From NCBI GenBank assembly GCA_045637285.1, contig JAZTZE010000010.1, forward strand, positions 9,249-73,248: 64,000 nt of DNA. The letters are read 5' to 3'. The notes below the pieces were generated by a model. That model searched no databases, was not told where the DNA came from, and saw only the letters and a program-made list of their open reading frames with translations. Source of the stretch: Christensenellaceae bacterium. GTDB taxonomy: Bacteria > Bacillota > Clostridia > Christensenellales > Borkfalkiaceae. The position numbers and the translations under genes are program-made. Shown here piece after piece: positions 6,067 through 15,059 of the stretch (its first letter is position 1; each line of letters opens with the position of its first letter).

Positions 6067-8475
6067 ATGATAAAAAAATTCTCTATAAGCGGTATGAGCT
6101 GTTCTATGTGCTCGTCTGGAATAGAAAAAAACGTTTCAAAGCTTGACGGAGTGAAAAGCGTTAGCGTATCACTTTTAACCAAGGAAATGTCCGTTGAGTT
6201 TAACGAAAACGTAATATCAAACGGCGCGATAATTGCCGTGGTCGAAAAGCTGGGCTACGGAATTTGTGAGCTTGGTGAAAAAAAGCAAGATAGGCTTTCC
6301 GAAGCAAAAAAAATCAAAACACGTTTTTTGATTTCGTTAGCTTTTTTGTTGCCGTTAACGTATTTGTGCTTGGGTGAGACGTTGTCGCTACCCGTGCCTA
6401 CGGATAAAAGACTTAACTTTTGCATGCAAGGTGTTCTTGCTTTAATTATTCTCGTAATAAATCGAAATTTTTTCATTAACGGTGTAAAAGCTGTGATTTA
6501 CGGGTCGCCCAATATGGATACGCTTGTATCGTTAGGTTCACTGTCCGCGTTTATTTATAGCTTAGTTATAACTTTGTCAGTTTTTTTAGCAAATACAACT
6601 CATAATCACGTTTTCTTTGATGGCTGTGCAATGGTCGTAACCTTGGTTTCATTAGGGAAATGGTTAGAAGAACTTTCAAAAGTAAAAACAGGCGATGCCG
6701 TTGAAAAACTGGGTTCTCTTATGCCAAAAACGGTAACTGTGCTGGAAGGGGCAAGCGAGCGAGTAAAATTGACCAACGAAGTTTGCGTAGGAGATCTGTT
6801 GTTAGTTAAAGCAGGCGAATACGTTGCGGTTGACGGTGTTGTAGAAAGCGGGCGCGCTAACGTAGACAAGTCTGCTATTACTGGTGAAAGCCTTCCCGTT
6901 GAAATATGCGCGGGTGAAAAAATTGTTTCAGGCATGATACTAAAAGACGGCTTTTTGGTTTTAAGGGCTGAAAAAGTTGGCGAACAAGCTTTGTTTAACC
7001 AAATCGTGCAAGCGGTTAAATTAGCGGGGGCAAGTAAAGCACCTATACAAAAGCTTGCCGATAGAATTTCGCGAATATTCGTGCCGATAGTTACGTTAAT
7101 AGCTTTGTTTACGTTTGTCACTTGGTTAATTGCCGGATACGGTGCGTATACTGCGTTTAATTACGGAATAAGCGTTCTCGTCGTGTCTTGTCCGTGCGCG
7201 CTTGGGCTTGCAACGCCAGTTGCAGTAATGGCGGCAACAGGGCGTGGTGCACAAGAAGGCGTTTTATTTAAAGATGCAGAAGCCTTGCAAAATGCTTGCA
7301 AAATAAATTGCGTGTTGCTTGATAAAACTGCAACTATAACCGTAGGTAAGCCAAAGGTAACGACATTTGAAGTTTTCGGAGAAGGCGATGAAAGCGAGAT
7401 AAAACGAATAGTTTATGCGTTAGAAAGTAAATCAAGTCATCCACTTGCAAAAAGCATAATGGATTTTTGCGAAAAAAGTGCAATGCCCGTTGAAAATTAT
7501 TCTTACGTCTTGGGCGGTGGAATAGTTGGAGAAGTGTATGGGCTGAAATATTATTTGGGCAATAAGGAGTTGATTCCTAAAGATATTTCCGTTCCGCAGT
7601 TAAGCCACCGCTTTGAAGGACAAACTGTAATATATTTTGCCAGTGAAATTGAGTTTATATGTGCGTTCGGTGTTTCAGATTGCGTAAAAGAAGATAGCAA
7701 AGAAGCGATTAAAGCGTTAAACCAAAAGCAAATAAAAACGATTATGGTTACGGGCGATAATCAAGGCGTGGCAATGAGCGTGGCAAATCAAGTGGGGATT
7801 AAAGAGTATATAGCAAACGTTTTGCCACAAGGTAAATTAACAGTTGTTAACGAATATAAAGAAAAAGGCAATTTCGTTGCGATGGTTGGCGATGGGATTA
7901 ACGATAGCCCTGCACTAAAAAGTGCGGATATAGGCGTTTCTATGGGTACTGGCACGGATATCGCTATCGACAGTTCAAACGTCGTTATAGTAAACGGCAA
8001 TCTAACGGCGTTAAATAAAGCTATAGAGTTAAGTTCAAAAAGCTTAAGAATAATAAAACAAAATCTTTTTTGGGCGTTCTTTTATAACGTGATTTGCATT
8101 CCGCTTGCGGGCGGTGCATTATCGTTTATGGGTATAACTCTTACGCCGATTATAGCTTCGGCAATGATGAGCTGTAGTTCGTTGTTCGTCGTTTGTAATG
8201 CGCTTAGAATAGCAAGGCGAACGAGTAAGAAAACAGGGCAAATTCCAGTTGTTGTAAGCGCAAGTTATGAAATTAATATCGGCGGTATGATGTGTAATCA
8301 TTGCGTGCAAAAGGTGAAAAACGCGCTTTCGTCAATAAAGGGAGTTGTCGTTATGAACGTTTCGTTAGAAAAAAATTCGGCAACGCTAAGATGTGACGAT
8401 AGCGTTACCGAGCAATTTATTATAGATGAAATTGTAAAGGCGGGGTATAGCGTTGGCGACGTTAAACGAACATAA
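6067..8475 (+). CDS. copA: Copper-translocating P1B-type ATPase (CopA-like) with N- and C-terminal HMA domains
   Basis: GMSCSMC HMA, TGES, CPC (SCPCALGLATP), SSHPLA, GDGINDSPAL, and a C-terminal GMMCNHC HMA. The phosphorylation motif reads DKTAT rather than DKTGT. Start chosen at MIKKFSISGMSC (the ORF-track TTG at 6001 is less likely). Confidence 0.9.
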   Translation: MIKKFSISGMSCSMCSSGIEKNVSKLDGVKSVSVSLLTKEMSVEFNENVISNGAIIAVVEKLGYGICELGEKKQDRLSEAKKIKTRFLISLAFLLPLTYLCLGETLSLPVPTDKRLNFCMQGVLALIILVINRNFFINGVKAVIYGSPNMDTLVSLGSLSAFIYSLVITLSVFLANTTHNHVFFDGCAMVVTLVSLGKWLEELSKVKTGDAVEKLGSLMPKTVTVLEGASERVKLTNEVCVGDLLLVKAGEYVAVDGVVESGRANVDKSAITGESLPVEICAGEKIVSGMILKDGFLVLRAEKVGEQALFNQIVQAVKLAGASKAPIQKLADRISRIFVPIVTLIALFTFVTWLIAGYGAYTAFNYGISVLVVSCPCALGLATPVAVMAATGRGAQEGVLFKDAEALQNACKINCVLLDKTATITVGKPKVTTFEVFGEGDESEIKRIVYALESKSSHPLAKSIMDFCEKSAMPVENYSYVLGGGIVGEVYGLKYYLGNKELIPKDISVPQLSHRFEGQTVIYFASEIEFICAFGVSDCVKEDSKEAIKALNQKQIKTIMVTGDNQGVAMSVANQVGIKEYIANVLPQGKLTVVNEYKEKGNFVAMVGDGINDSPALKSADIGVSMGTGTDIAIDSSNVVIVNGNLTALNKAIELSSKSLRIIKQNLFWAFFYNVICIPLAGGALSFMGITLTPIIASAMMSCSSLFVVCNALRIARRTSKKTGQIPVVVSASYEINIGGMMCNHCVQKVKNALSSIKGVVVMNVSLEKNSATLRCDDSVTEQFIIDEIVKAGYSVGDVKRT

Positions 8476-9640
8476 GCGTTATCGTCATTGATTCTCCGAA
8501 CTTTGATAATGCGGATATTTTCCATTTATTTGCGTCGGCAATACTTTTTGCTATTGCGAGCCCCAAACCGCTTCCGCCTGATTCTCTTGAACGAGAGTCG
8601 TCTGGGCGGTAAAATCTTTCAAAAACCTTAAATGAATCTTGGTCGGGAACCATGCTTCCCGTGTTGAAAACGGTAAAGACAATTTTGCCGTTTTCTTTTT
8701 TTAGTTTTACGTTAATATTACCGTTTATACTTGTGTGTTTAACTGCGTTGTCTAAAAGAATGTTTACGATATTTTTAACGCTGTGAATATCTCCATAGAA
8801 TAAAATGTCAGCTTCGATGTCCAAGTCGATAGTTTTACCTTTTTCAAAAGCAACTGCGTCAAACGAAAGTGCATCTGTTAATATTTGGTCGGAAAGGTTA
8901 AACTCAATGGCGTTTAACTGTCTGGAGCGTTCGTCCATTTTCGCAAGCGTTAACATGTCAGTCACGAGCGTGCTCATTCTTTTGGTTTGTGCTTGAATGC
9001 TTTCAACGTAAGGATTTTGTTCTATAGATTGAACAACGTCTGCATTGGCAGAGATTATTGCGAGCGGAGTTTTAAGTTCGTGGCTAGCGTTAGATATAAA
9101 TTCCTTTTGTTTGAAAAACGACTCTTTAATTGGTCTGAAAACGGCAAAGGAAAGCCACCAAGCAATAAAGAAAAGTATTAAAAAGAAGAATAGCAAGATG
9201 AGTGCACTGTTTGTAATGTTATTGGTGAACATCGTTATAGCGTCAGTTCTATCTAACGCCACTAAAACGTTGATGGTGTCGGTTGAAAAGGTTTTATAAT
9301 AAACTGTTCCTATAATCCCCGAGTTATTGCCAGCATTTACGATAGTTCTTATAAGTAAATCAGCTTGTTGTTGCGTGAACGTGTTTGAATCGTATCTAAT
9401 TTTAGTTACTACTTGTGATTGTTCTTTAGAAAAGATTACAACAACGCAGTCTTCCGGTATATGTTCTGGGGGCGCGTTTGGGCGGGTTACTTCTATGAAG
9501 ATATCGTTAATCGTACGGTCTATTGCGTTTTCAGTTGTATCTTTTATTATGAAAAAGTAAACTCCGAATATAATAGTGAAAACGCAAAAAACTATGGTCA
9601 TAATAATAATTATGAATTTAATTTGCGCTTTTCTAATCAT
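8462..9640 (-). CDS. Sensor histidine kinase (two TM helices with a ~120 aa extracytoplasmic loop)
   Basis: H-box FISNASHELKTPL and the G-box GGSGLGLAIAKSIA. Start MIRKAQIKF overlaps the RR stop (ATGA-type coupling). The 3' end overlaps the copA 3' end by 14 nt. Confidence 0.85.
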   Translation of the reverse strand: MIRKAQIKFIIIIMTIVFCVFTIIFGVYFFIIKDTTENAIDRTINDIFIEVTRPNAPPEHIPEDCVVVIFSKEQSQVVTKIRYDSNTFTQQQADLLIRTIVNAGNNSGIIGTVYYKTFSTDTINVLVALDRTDAITMFTNNITNSALILLFFFLILFFIAWWLSFAVFRPIKESFFKQKEFISNASHELKTPLAIISANADVVQSIEQNPYVESIQAQTKRMSTLVTDMLTLAKMDERSRQLNAIEFNLSDQILTDALSFDAVAFEKGKTIDLDIEADILFYGDIHSVKNIVNILLDNAVKHTSINGNINVKLKKENGKIVFTVFNTGSMVPDQDSFKVFERFYRPDDSRSRESGGSGLGLAIAKSIADANKWKISALSKFGESMTITLMFV

Positions 9641-10310
9641 TTTTTTCTCCGAGGGTATAGCCGATTCCGCGGATAGACTTAATTTCCGTTTTCGCACCGA
9701 CTGCCGTCAATTTTTTTCTTAGGAAAGAAACGTAAACTTCGATAGTGTTATATTCTGCTTCGGTGTCGAAGCCCCAAATTTTTTCTATAAATTTTTCTTT
9801 ATCAACGCTTTTTCCGCTATTTAGCATAAGCATTTCTAAAATTTGGAACTCTTTTTTGCCAAGAGTGATTTTTTTAGCACCGCAAGACAAGTTGAAAGAA
9901 TCTCTATCGAGTGAAATATCATTATAGATTAAAACGTCTCCAGTAAATTTTTCTTTCCGTCTTAAAAGAGCCTTAATTCTTGCTAAAAGTTCAGCCGTAT
10001 TAAAGGGCTTTGCAAGATAGTCGTCTGCACCGGCGTTAAGACCTTCAATTTTATCCGCAGTTTCACTTTTAGCAGAAAGCATTAAAACGGGCGTGTCAAT
10101 TTTACTAAGGCGCATTTTTTTCAACAACTCAAAACCGTTAAGCTTTGGCATCATAATGTCTAAAATAACAGCATCGTAAATACCGCTTAAAGCAAAATCT
10201 AAGCCTTCTTCGCCGTCGTAAGCGCAGTCAACTGAATAGTTATTTTGTTTTAAGATTATTGCGAGCGCGTTGGTTAATTGTCGCTCGTCGTCTACAATTA
10301 AAATTTTCAT
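9633..10310 (-). CDS. OmpR-family response regulator
   Basis: MKILIVDDE...DAVILDIMMPKLNG...AKPF receiver domain plus a winged-helix C-terminus (…IRGIGYTL). Confidence 0.92.
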   Translation of the reverse strand: MKILIVDDERQLTNALAIILKQNNYSVDCAYDGEEGLDFALSGIYDAVILDIMMPKLNGFELLKKMRLSKIDTPVLMLSAKSETADKIEGLNAGADDYLAKPFNTAELLARIKALLRRKEKFTGDVLIYNDISLDRDSFNLSCGAKKITLGKKEFQILEMLMLNSGKSVDKEKFIEKIWGFDTEAEYNTIEVYVSFLRKKLTAVGAKTEIKSIRGIGYTLGEKND

Positions 10311-10319
10311 AGTATACTT

Positions 10320-10328
10320 ATTATATCA
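10320..10328 (-). promoter_or_regulatory. Extended -10 (TGaTATAAT) 9 nt upstream of the RR ATG. Possible leaderless transcript
   Basis: Minus strand reads ctttGATATAATaagtatactATG with no SD sequence. Confidence 0.35.
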
Positions 10329-10439
10329 AAGATAAATTGAATTTGCATTAAATTTTTGCAAAAAATAAAATTTTATGAAAATTTTTAAAAACTTAAAAAA
10401 TTCAATAAATATTCAAGTTTCGCTTGTTATTATATGGGT

Positions 10440-10527
10440 GTAAAAGGCAACGACCTTTTAATAAACCAACATACACTCTCAATAAACTTTTTCCTGGGAG
10501 AAGATGTCGAGCAATCGGCATTTTTTC
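10440..10527 (+). ncRNA. Candidate small RNA (orphan promoter, 5' hairpin, CA-rich single strand, intrinsic terminator)
   Basis: Extended -10 TGtTATTAT at 10425-10433. Hairpin AAAAGG-caacga-CCTTTT. Unpaired AAUAAACCAACAUACACUCUCAAUAAACUUUUUCCU. Terminator ATGTCGA-GCAA-TCGGCAT followed by six T (10504-10527). No downstream plus-strand gene. Confidence 0.25.
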
Positions 10528-10682
10528 CTTTTAAACGACAACTTGCTTTGTGCGTTATCGTTTAATGTATAAGCAAAAAGTGTTAACGGATACAAAGCAT
10601 ATCAATCACTTTATTTTTCTTAGTAACAATAAACTCGGAGTTAGCCGTTTAACGTCTGACTCGGCAAAAAAATCGCAAAAAT

Positions 10683-10712
10683 AAAGCCCGACCAAGTCGG
10701 GCTTTTTGTTTT
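10683..10712. terminator. Bidirectional intrinsic terminator at the 3' end of the phosphoribosyltransferase gene
   Basis: AAAGCCCGAC-caa-GTCGGGCTTT with T-runs on both strands. Confidence 0.75.
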
Positions 10713-10713
10713 T

Positions 10714-11253
10714 TTATAACAAGGGGATTGAAGCAAGGAAGCTTATATCTTCGCGTTCTTCAGAATCGCCTTCTGCCAAAACGAATAATTTTTTTGTTAA
10801 AATTCCACCTGCAAGAGCAACGATGTCTTCTAACCCCTTCGAGCTTGCTCCAGTAGAGATAACGTCGTCAACGATAGCAACCTTTTTGCCTTTTATTAGT
10901 TCAACGTCGTGTTTAGATAGGTAATATTTTTGTTCTTTTCCAGTCGTAATAGAAGAGCCGTAGTCAACGCAAATGCCATCTTGCATATAAAGCTTTTTAG
11001 ATTTTCTTGCAACTGCGTAATAAGGCATATTAAGTTCTCTTGCAACAACGTGAGTGAGTTGCAAGCCTTTTGATTCAGCAGTGATTAAAACTTCGCAATC
11101 ACCAACGAGTTTAGCGAGTTCTTTACCACAGTGCTCGGTTAACGACGGGTTACCGTGTAAGTTAAAGAAAGCAATTTTAATTCCGCTGGGGAGTTGCAAA
11201 ATGGGGAGTTGGGCTTTATAGCCTTTAATGTCTACTTCAAAAAATTCACTCAT
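10714..11253 (-). CDS. Type I phosphoribosyltransferase family protein (Apt/Xpt-like)
   Basis: 179 aa. PRPP-binding loop KKVAIVDDVISTGAS. Confidence 0.7.
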   Translation of the reverse strand: MSEFFEVDIKGYKAQLPILQLPSGIKIAFFNLHGNPSLTEHCGKELAKLVGDCEVLITAESKGLQLTHVVARELNMPYYAVARKSKKLYMQDGICVDYGSSITTGKEQKYYLSKHDVELIKGKKVAIVDDVISTGASSKGLEDIVALAGGILTKKLFVLAEGDSEEREDISFLASIPLL

Positions 11254-11372
11254 AACAAACCTGTCTTTAGTTTCTATATAAATAGTTTAGCACAATTTTT
11301 TTTGTTTGTCCACCGAGAAAATCATATATTTGATTTTTAAGGCATAAATTTAATTAACTTTAAGAGGTGATT

Positions 11373-14042
11373 ATGGATTTTTACTCTAAAAGCGTGGACT
11401 ACGCGGCAAAAACCTTTAACAGTGATATTAAGCACGGATTAACGCAATCAGTTTGTAATAAAAACCGCTCGTTATACGGAACGAACGTTTTAACGAAAAG
11501 AAAAAAACGTTCGTTTGTAAACAGGTTGTTTGGAGCGTTAAAAGAACCTATGCTTATCATTTTATTGTTTGGGTTTTGTTTAGCTCTCGGCACGAATATA
11601 GGTAAATTTTTAAAGTCTGGGGAAGGCGATTTTACTGAATGTTGGGGAATTCTGTTTGCCGTTGTTTTATCGGTAACTATTACTCTCGTTATGGAAGGGA
11701 GCTCCAACAAAGCTTTTGACGCGCTAAATAGAGTTTACGACAATGTTGCCGTTAGAGTTGTTCGCGACGGAAGAATAGTTACTATAAGTCAAAAGGACGT
11801 TTGCGTGGGCGATATTTTGTTGGTGGAAAGCGGAGATAAAATCGTGGCAGACGGAAGACTGATTGATAGTAACGAATTGTTTGTAGACGAGTCTGCACTA
11901 ACAGGCGAAAGCGAGCAGGTAAAAAAGAATGCAAACGTAATCGTGGGTGAAAAGGCCATGCTTGCTGAACGAGTGAATTGCGTGTATTCAGGAACGTTCG
12001 TTACCTGTGGGTCGGCAAAGTTTATAGTAACCGCAGTTGGTGATAAAACTGAAATAGGAAACATAGCAAGCGAATTGTTAAGAGAAAAAGAAACGGCATC
12101 ACCATTAGCCAGCAAGCTTGCTAAACTGAGTAAGGTTATAACGTTAGTAGGCGTGTTGAGTGCAGTTGTCGTGTTTGCTATTTCGGTAATAAGGCTTTAT
12201 CTTGCATGTGAGTTAAGTATTGAAAGTATCCAACAGTTATTTATATCGTGCATAGTATTAATAGTAGCCGCCGTTCCCGAAGGGCTTCCCACAATAGTTG
12301 CAATATCGCTCGCACTTAACATGATAAAGTTAGCAAAAGGAAACGCGCTTATAAAAAAAATGAACGCGACGGAAACGGCAGGGGCAGTGAGTATAATTTG
12401 TTCTGATAAAACGGGAACGTTGACTCAAAATAAAATGACCGTAGTAAGCGTGTGTGCAGGGGAATTTTGCAGTTCTCCAGATAAAATTAAATCCCAACAT
12501 CTATTTCAAAACTTTGTTTTAAACAGTACGGCTGACGGGGTGTTTAAAGGAAAGGAGCAAAAGACGAGTGGAAGTGCAACCGAGTGCGCTCTATTAAGAG
12601 CGTATTATCAAAGTGTGCCTAACGCTGACCACGCAAGAATGAGAAACGAGTATGAGATTATAGGCAGAGAGCCTTTTACAAGTGATAAAAAGATTATGTC
12701 CACAACTGTTAAAATTGGTGATTTACAAAGAAAGTTGGTCAAAGGTGCTCCAGAAAAAGTGGTGGAAAAATGCAACTTGTCCACGGTGCAAAAGCTAAAA
12801 ATACTAAAAGAAATACAAAAACATCAGAAGAAGGCGCGCAGAGTATTGTGTTTTGCACACACTGATAATGATGAAGCATTGATTTATGACGGATTCGTAT
12901 CAATAACTGATCCTATCAGGAAAGATGTTGTAAAAGCTGTGAACGAGTGCGCTAAAGCAGGGATAAGAATAAAAATGTTGACTGGCGATAATCTTGAAAC
13001 TGCGTTTGCAGTGGCAAAAGAATTAAAGCTTGCCGACAACGAGAGCCAAGTTATAAACGCCGTCGATTTGGAAAATTTAAGTGATGGCGAATTTATAAAA
13101 GTTATAAACAGGGTGTCTGTAATAGCGAGAAGTACGCCAGCAATAAAACTGAGAATAGTTAGGGCGTTAAAGAGCACTGGCGAAGTTGTTGCTGTTACAG
13201 GGGACGGTATAAACGACGCTCCGGCAATAAAACAAGCAGACGTAGGCATAGCAATGGGGGTTGCGGGCAGTGAGATAACAAAGGAGGCGGCGGACGTGGT
13301 TCTTCTTGACGACAGTTTTGCTACAGTGGTAAAAACTATTGCTTTTGGAAGAAACGTTTATAAAAATTTACAACGATTTATTTTGTTTCAGTTGTCGGTG
13401 AACTTGTCAGCATTGTTGTTTATTATTGTGTGTTCAATTATTAACGTAGCAACACCATTTAACACCATGCAACTTTTATGGATAAATCTTATTATGGATG
13501 GACCACCAGCGTTAACATTAGGGTTAGAAAGTGCAAGCGTAAAAATTATGACCAATAAGCCTGTGAAACGTTCAGACGGTATCGTTGGGGTAAAAATGCT
13601 TTTAAGAATACTTTTTAACGGAATATTTATTGGCGCAATAATGCTATTGCAATATCTTTACAACCTAACAAACGTTGCGCAAGGTGAAGAAAAGAACGCA
13701 TTATTCACGTTGTTTATTTTGTTTCAGCTTTTTAACGCCTTTAATTGTAGAGAATTGGGTGCGGAAAGCATATTTAAGAGTATTGGTAGAAACAAGGTTA
13801 TGGTGCTTACTTTTACCTGTGTATTAATAGTTCACTTGGTAATAGTTCAACTTTTTCCGCTTGCGTTTGGTGTTAATCCTATGAGTTTTTACAGTTGGAT
13901 AAAGGTTGGAACGTTGGCGTTTAGTATAATAGCGGTGTCAGAACTTTATAAGATGGCGTATAGAATGATAAAGTCTCGTTTCAAAATAGGATTTGAGTTA
14001 AAAAAGCAAGTAGGCGTAAATAAAAATTCAGTCAAGGCATAA
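11373..14042 (+). CDS. Calcium-translocating P2-type ATPase (YloB/PMCA-like)
   Basis: TGES, ICSDKTGTLTQNKM, MLTGDN, TGDGINDAPAIKQADVGIAMG and 10 predicted TM segments. About 889 aa from ATG 11373. Confidence 0.9.
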   Translation: MDFYSKSVDYAAKTFNSDIKHGLTQSVCNKNRSLYGTNVLTKRKKRSFVNRLFGALKEPMLIILLFGFCLALGTNIGKFLKSGEGDFTECWGILFAVVLSVTITLVMEGSSNKAFDALNRVYDNVAVRVVRDGRIVTISQKDVCVGDILLVESGDKIVADGRLIDSNELFVDESALTGESEQVKKNANVIVGEKAMLAERVNCVYSGTFVTCGSAKFIVTAVGDKTEIGNIASELLREKETASPLASKLAKLSKVITLVGVLSAVVVFAISVIRLYLACELSIESIQQLFISCIVLIVAAVPEGLPTIVAISLALNMIKLAKGNALIKKMNATETAGAVSIICSDKTGTLTQNKMTVVSVCAGEFCSSPDKIKSQHLFQNFVLNSTADGVFKGKEQKTSGSATECALLRAYYQSVPNADHARMRNEYEIIGREPFTSDKKIMSTTVKIGDLQRKLVKGAPEKVVEKCNLSTVQKLKILKEIQKHQKKARRVLCFAHTDNDEALIYDGFVSITDPIRKDVVKAVNECAKAGIRIKMLTGDNLETAFAVAKELKLADNESQVINAVDLENLSDGEFIKVINRVSVIARSTPAIKLRIVRALKSTGEVVAVTGDGINDAPAIKQADVGIAMGVAGSEITKEAADVVLLDDSFATVVKTIAFGRNVYKNLQRFILFQLSVNLSALLFIIVCSIINVATPFNTMQLLWINLIMDGPPALTLGLESASVKIMTNKPVKRSDGIVGVKMLLRILFNGIFIGAIMLLQYLYNLTNVAQGEEKNALFTLFILFQLFNAFNCRELGAESIFKSIGRNKVMVLTFTCVLIVHLVIVQLFPLAFGVNPMSFYSWIKVGTLAFSIIAVSELYKMAYRMIKSRFKIGFELKKQVGVNKNSVKA

Positions 14043-14052
14043 ACTAAACTAT

Positions 14053-14772
14053 ATGACTTCAATAACAATAAGTGAAAGAGAGAATAACGACGCAAACTTA
14101 TTATACGTTCAGTCAAGCGCGGGAGAACTGTTTTCCCACGCTGACTGTTCGGTGCGTTCTAACCGTGTGAATAGCCGAGTGTTGTTGACTATAAATTGTC
14201 CGGAATGCTATTCGGAAATTATTCGCACGGAAGTGGCAGATAAAGTTGCAGAAATTATTGCAATCAAATATAAATATGATTTTTTCAAAAAAACGGTTAG
14301 CGTTGCGGGGTTGTCGGCAGAGCAAAAAGAAATTCTTATAGCAAGTTTAATAGCAGCGGATCTTGAAGACGACAAAAAGTATGTTTTCGACAAGATAAAA
14401 AATTGTGACGACGTGGCTATTGATGGAGTGTTCAACTTTAGACTAAAGCCATTAAAAAGAAAGTGGAACGACGTGGTTTCCTACGTTCCAGTATGCTTTT
14501 TAAGTGAGCAGTTAAAAGAGTTTGTTTCCTTTTTGCTTGAAAACAAAAGAAAAAGAGTTTATATCGAAGGTGGTAGAGTTTACGATTCGCATTATAGAAG
14601 GCTTAAACGAAGTAGTTTGTTAGATGGGGAAAAGATAAAAATAGTTAGAGAAGTGTTGTTGTCTAATTGTGGAGAGATAGAACTTTCGGGCGAAATACCA
14701 AAAGAAGATGAATATTATCTTAGAGAGTATTATAGTGATAAAATAATATTTTCGGGAAGAATAGGTCGATAA
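14053..14772 (+). CDS. ytxC: YtxC-like sporulation protein
   Basis: 239 aa with ...DGVFNFRLKPLKRKW.... Sits immediately upstream of the thrS leader, as ytxC-thrS does in Bacillus. Confidence 0.55.
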   Translation: MTSITISERENNDANLLYVQSSAGELFSHADCSVRSNRVNSRVLLTINCPECYSEIIRTEVADKVAEIIAIKYKYDFFKKTVSVAGLSAEQKEILIASLIAADLEDDKKYVFDKIKNCDDVAIDGVFNFRLKPLKRKWNDVVSYVPVCFLSEQLKEFVSFLLENKRKRVYIEGGRVYDSHYRRLKRSSLLDGEKIKIVREVLLSNCGEIELSGEIPKEDEYYLREYYSDKIIFSGRIGR

Positions 14773-14825
14773 AAGGTTGACAAAGAGAGAAATATATAGT
14801 AACATTATAATACAAAAGAAATTAG

Positions 14826-15040
14826 CCGACGATTAACGGACAAGTAGTGCCTTTTAGGTTTTTAAGAGAGCAAGGGTTAGGTGTGAGCCTTGTAAATTGA
14901 AAAGGAAAATGAAACCACCGTTTTAGGCAAAGTTACCGCACTTATAAGCGGAAAAGAGAGGCTGTTTATTGGGTAAACGGCAATTAAGGTGGAAACGCGG
15001 AAATTATTCGTCCTTAAAGCAATGCTTTAAGGATTTTTTA
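14826..15040 (+). promoter_or_regulatory. T-box riboswitch leader, threonine specifier ACC
   Basis: Stem I AACGG/CCGTT with AGUA on the 5' side and GAA-ACC-A on the 3' side (ACC at 14914-14916). AGAGA, GGTGTGA distal loop. T-box AATTAAGGTGGAAACGCGG (14982-15000). Terminator TCCTTAAAGC-aat-GCTTTAAGGA followed by T-run. Confidence 0.9.
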
Positions 15041-15059
15041 TATTTTAGGAGGATTTACA

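Noticed and set aside
6606-7121. Long antisense ORFs inside well-supported genes (for example 6606-7121 in copA, 23614-24021 in rsmH, 35322-35804 in ftsZ, 12884-13249 in the Ca-ATPase, 59986-60333 in gyrA)
   Set aside because: These are shadow frames opposite strongly conserved genes. They have no RBS and Ser/Pro/Thr-rich compositions typical of antisense translation.
8462-10310. Assigning the adjacent two-component system as a copper sensor (CopRS-like)
   Set aside because: The only evidence is proximity, and the genes are convergent. Nothing in the sensor loop identifies a metal site.
10530-10682. Remaining 150 nt between the candidate sRNA terminator and the phosphoribosyltransferase terminator
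   Set aside because: I could not find an ORF with an RBS, a repeat, or a conserved RNA motif by eye. It is left unannotated.
11254-11372. Possible purine riboswitch upstream of the phosphoribosyltransferase gene
   Set aside because: There is no three-way-junction sequence resembling the purine aptamer, and the region is too short and unstructured.
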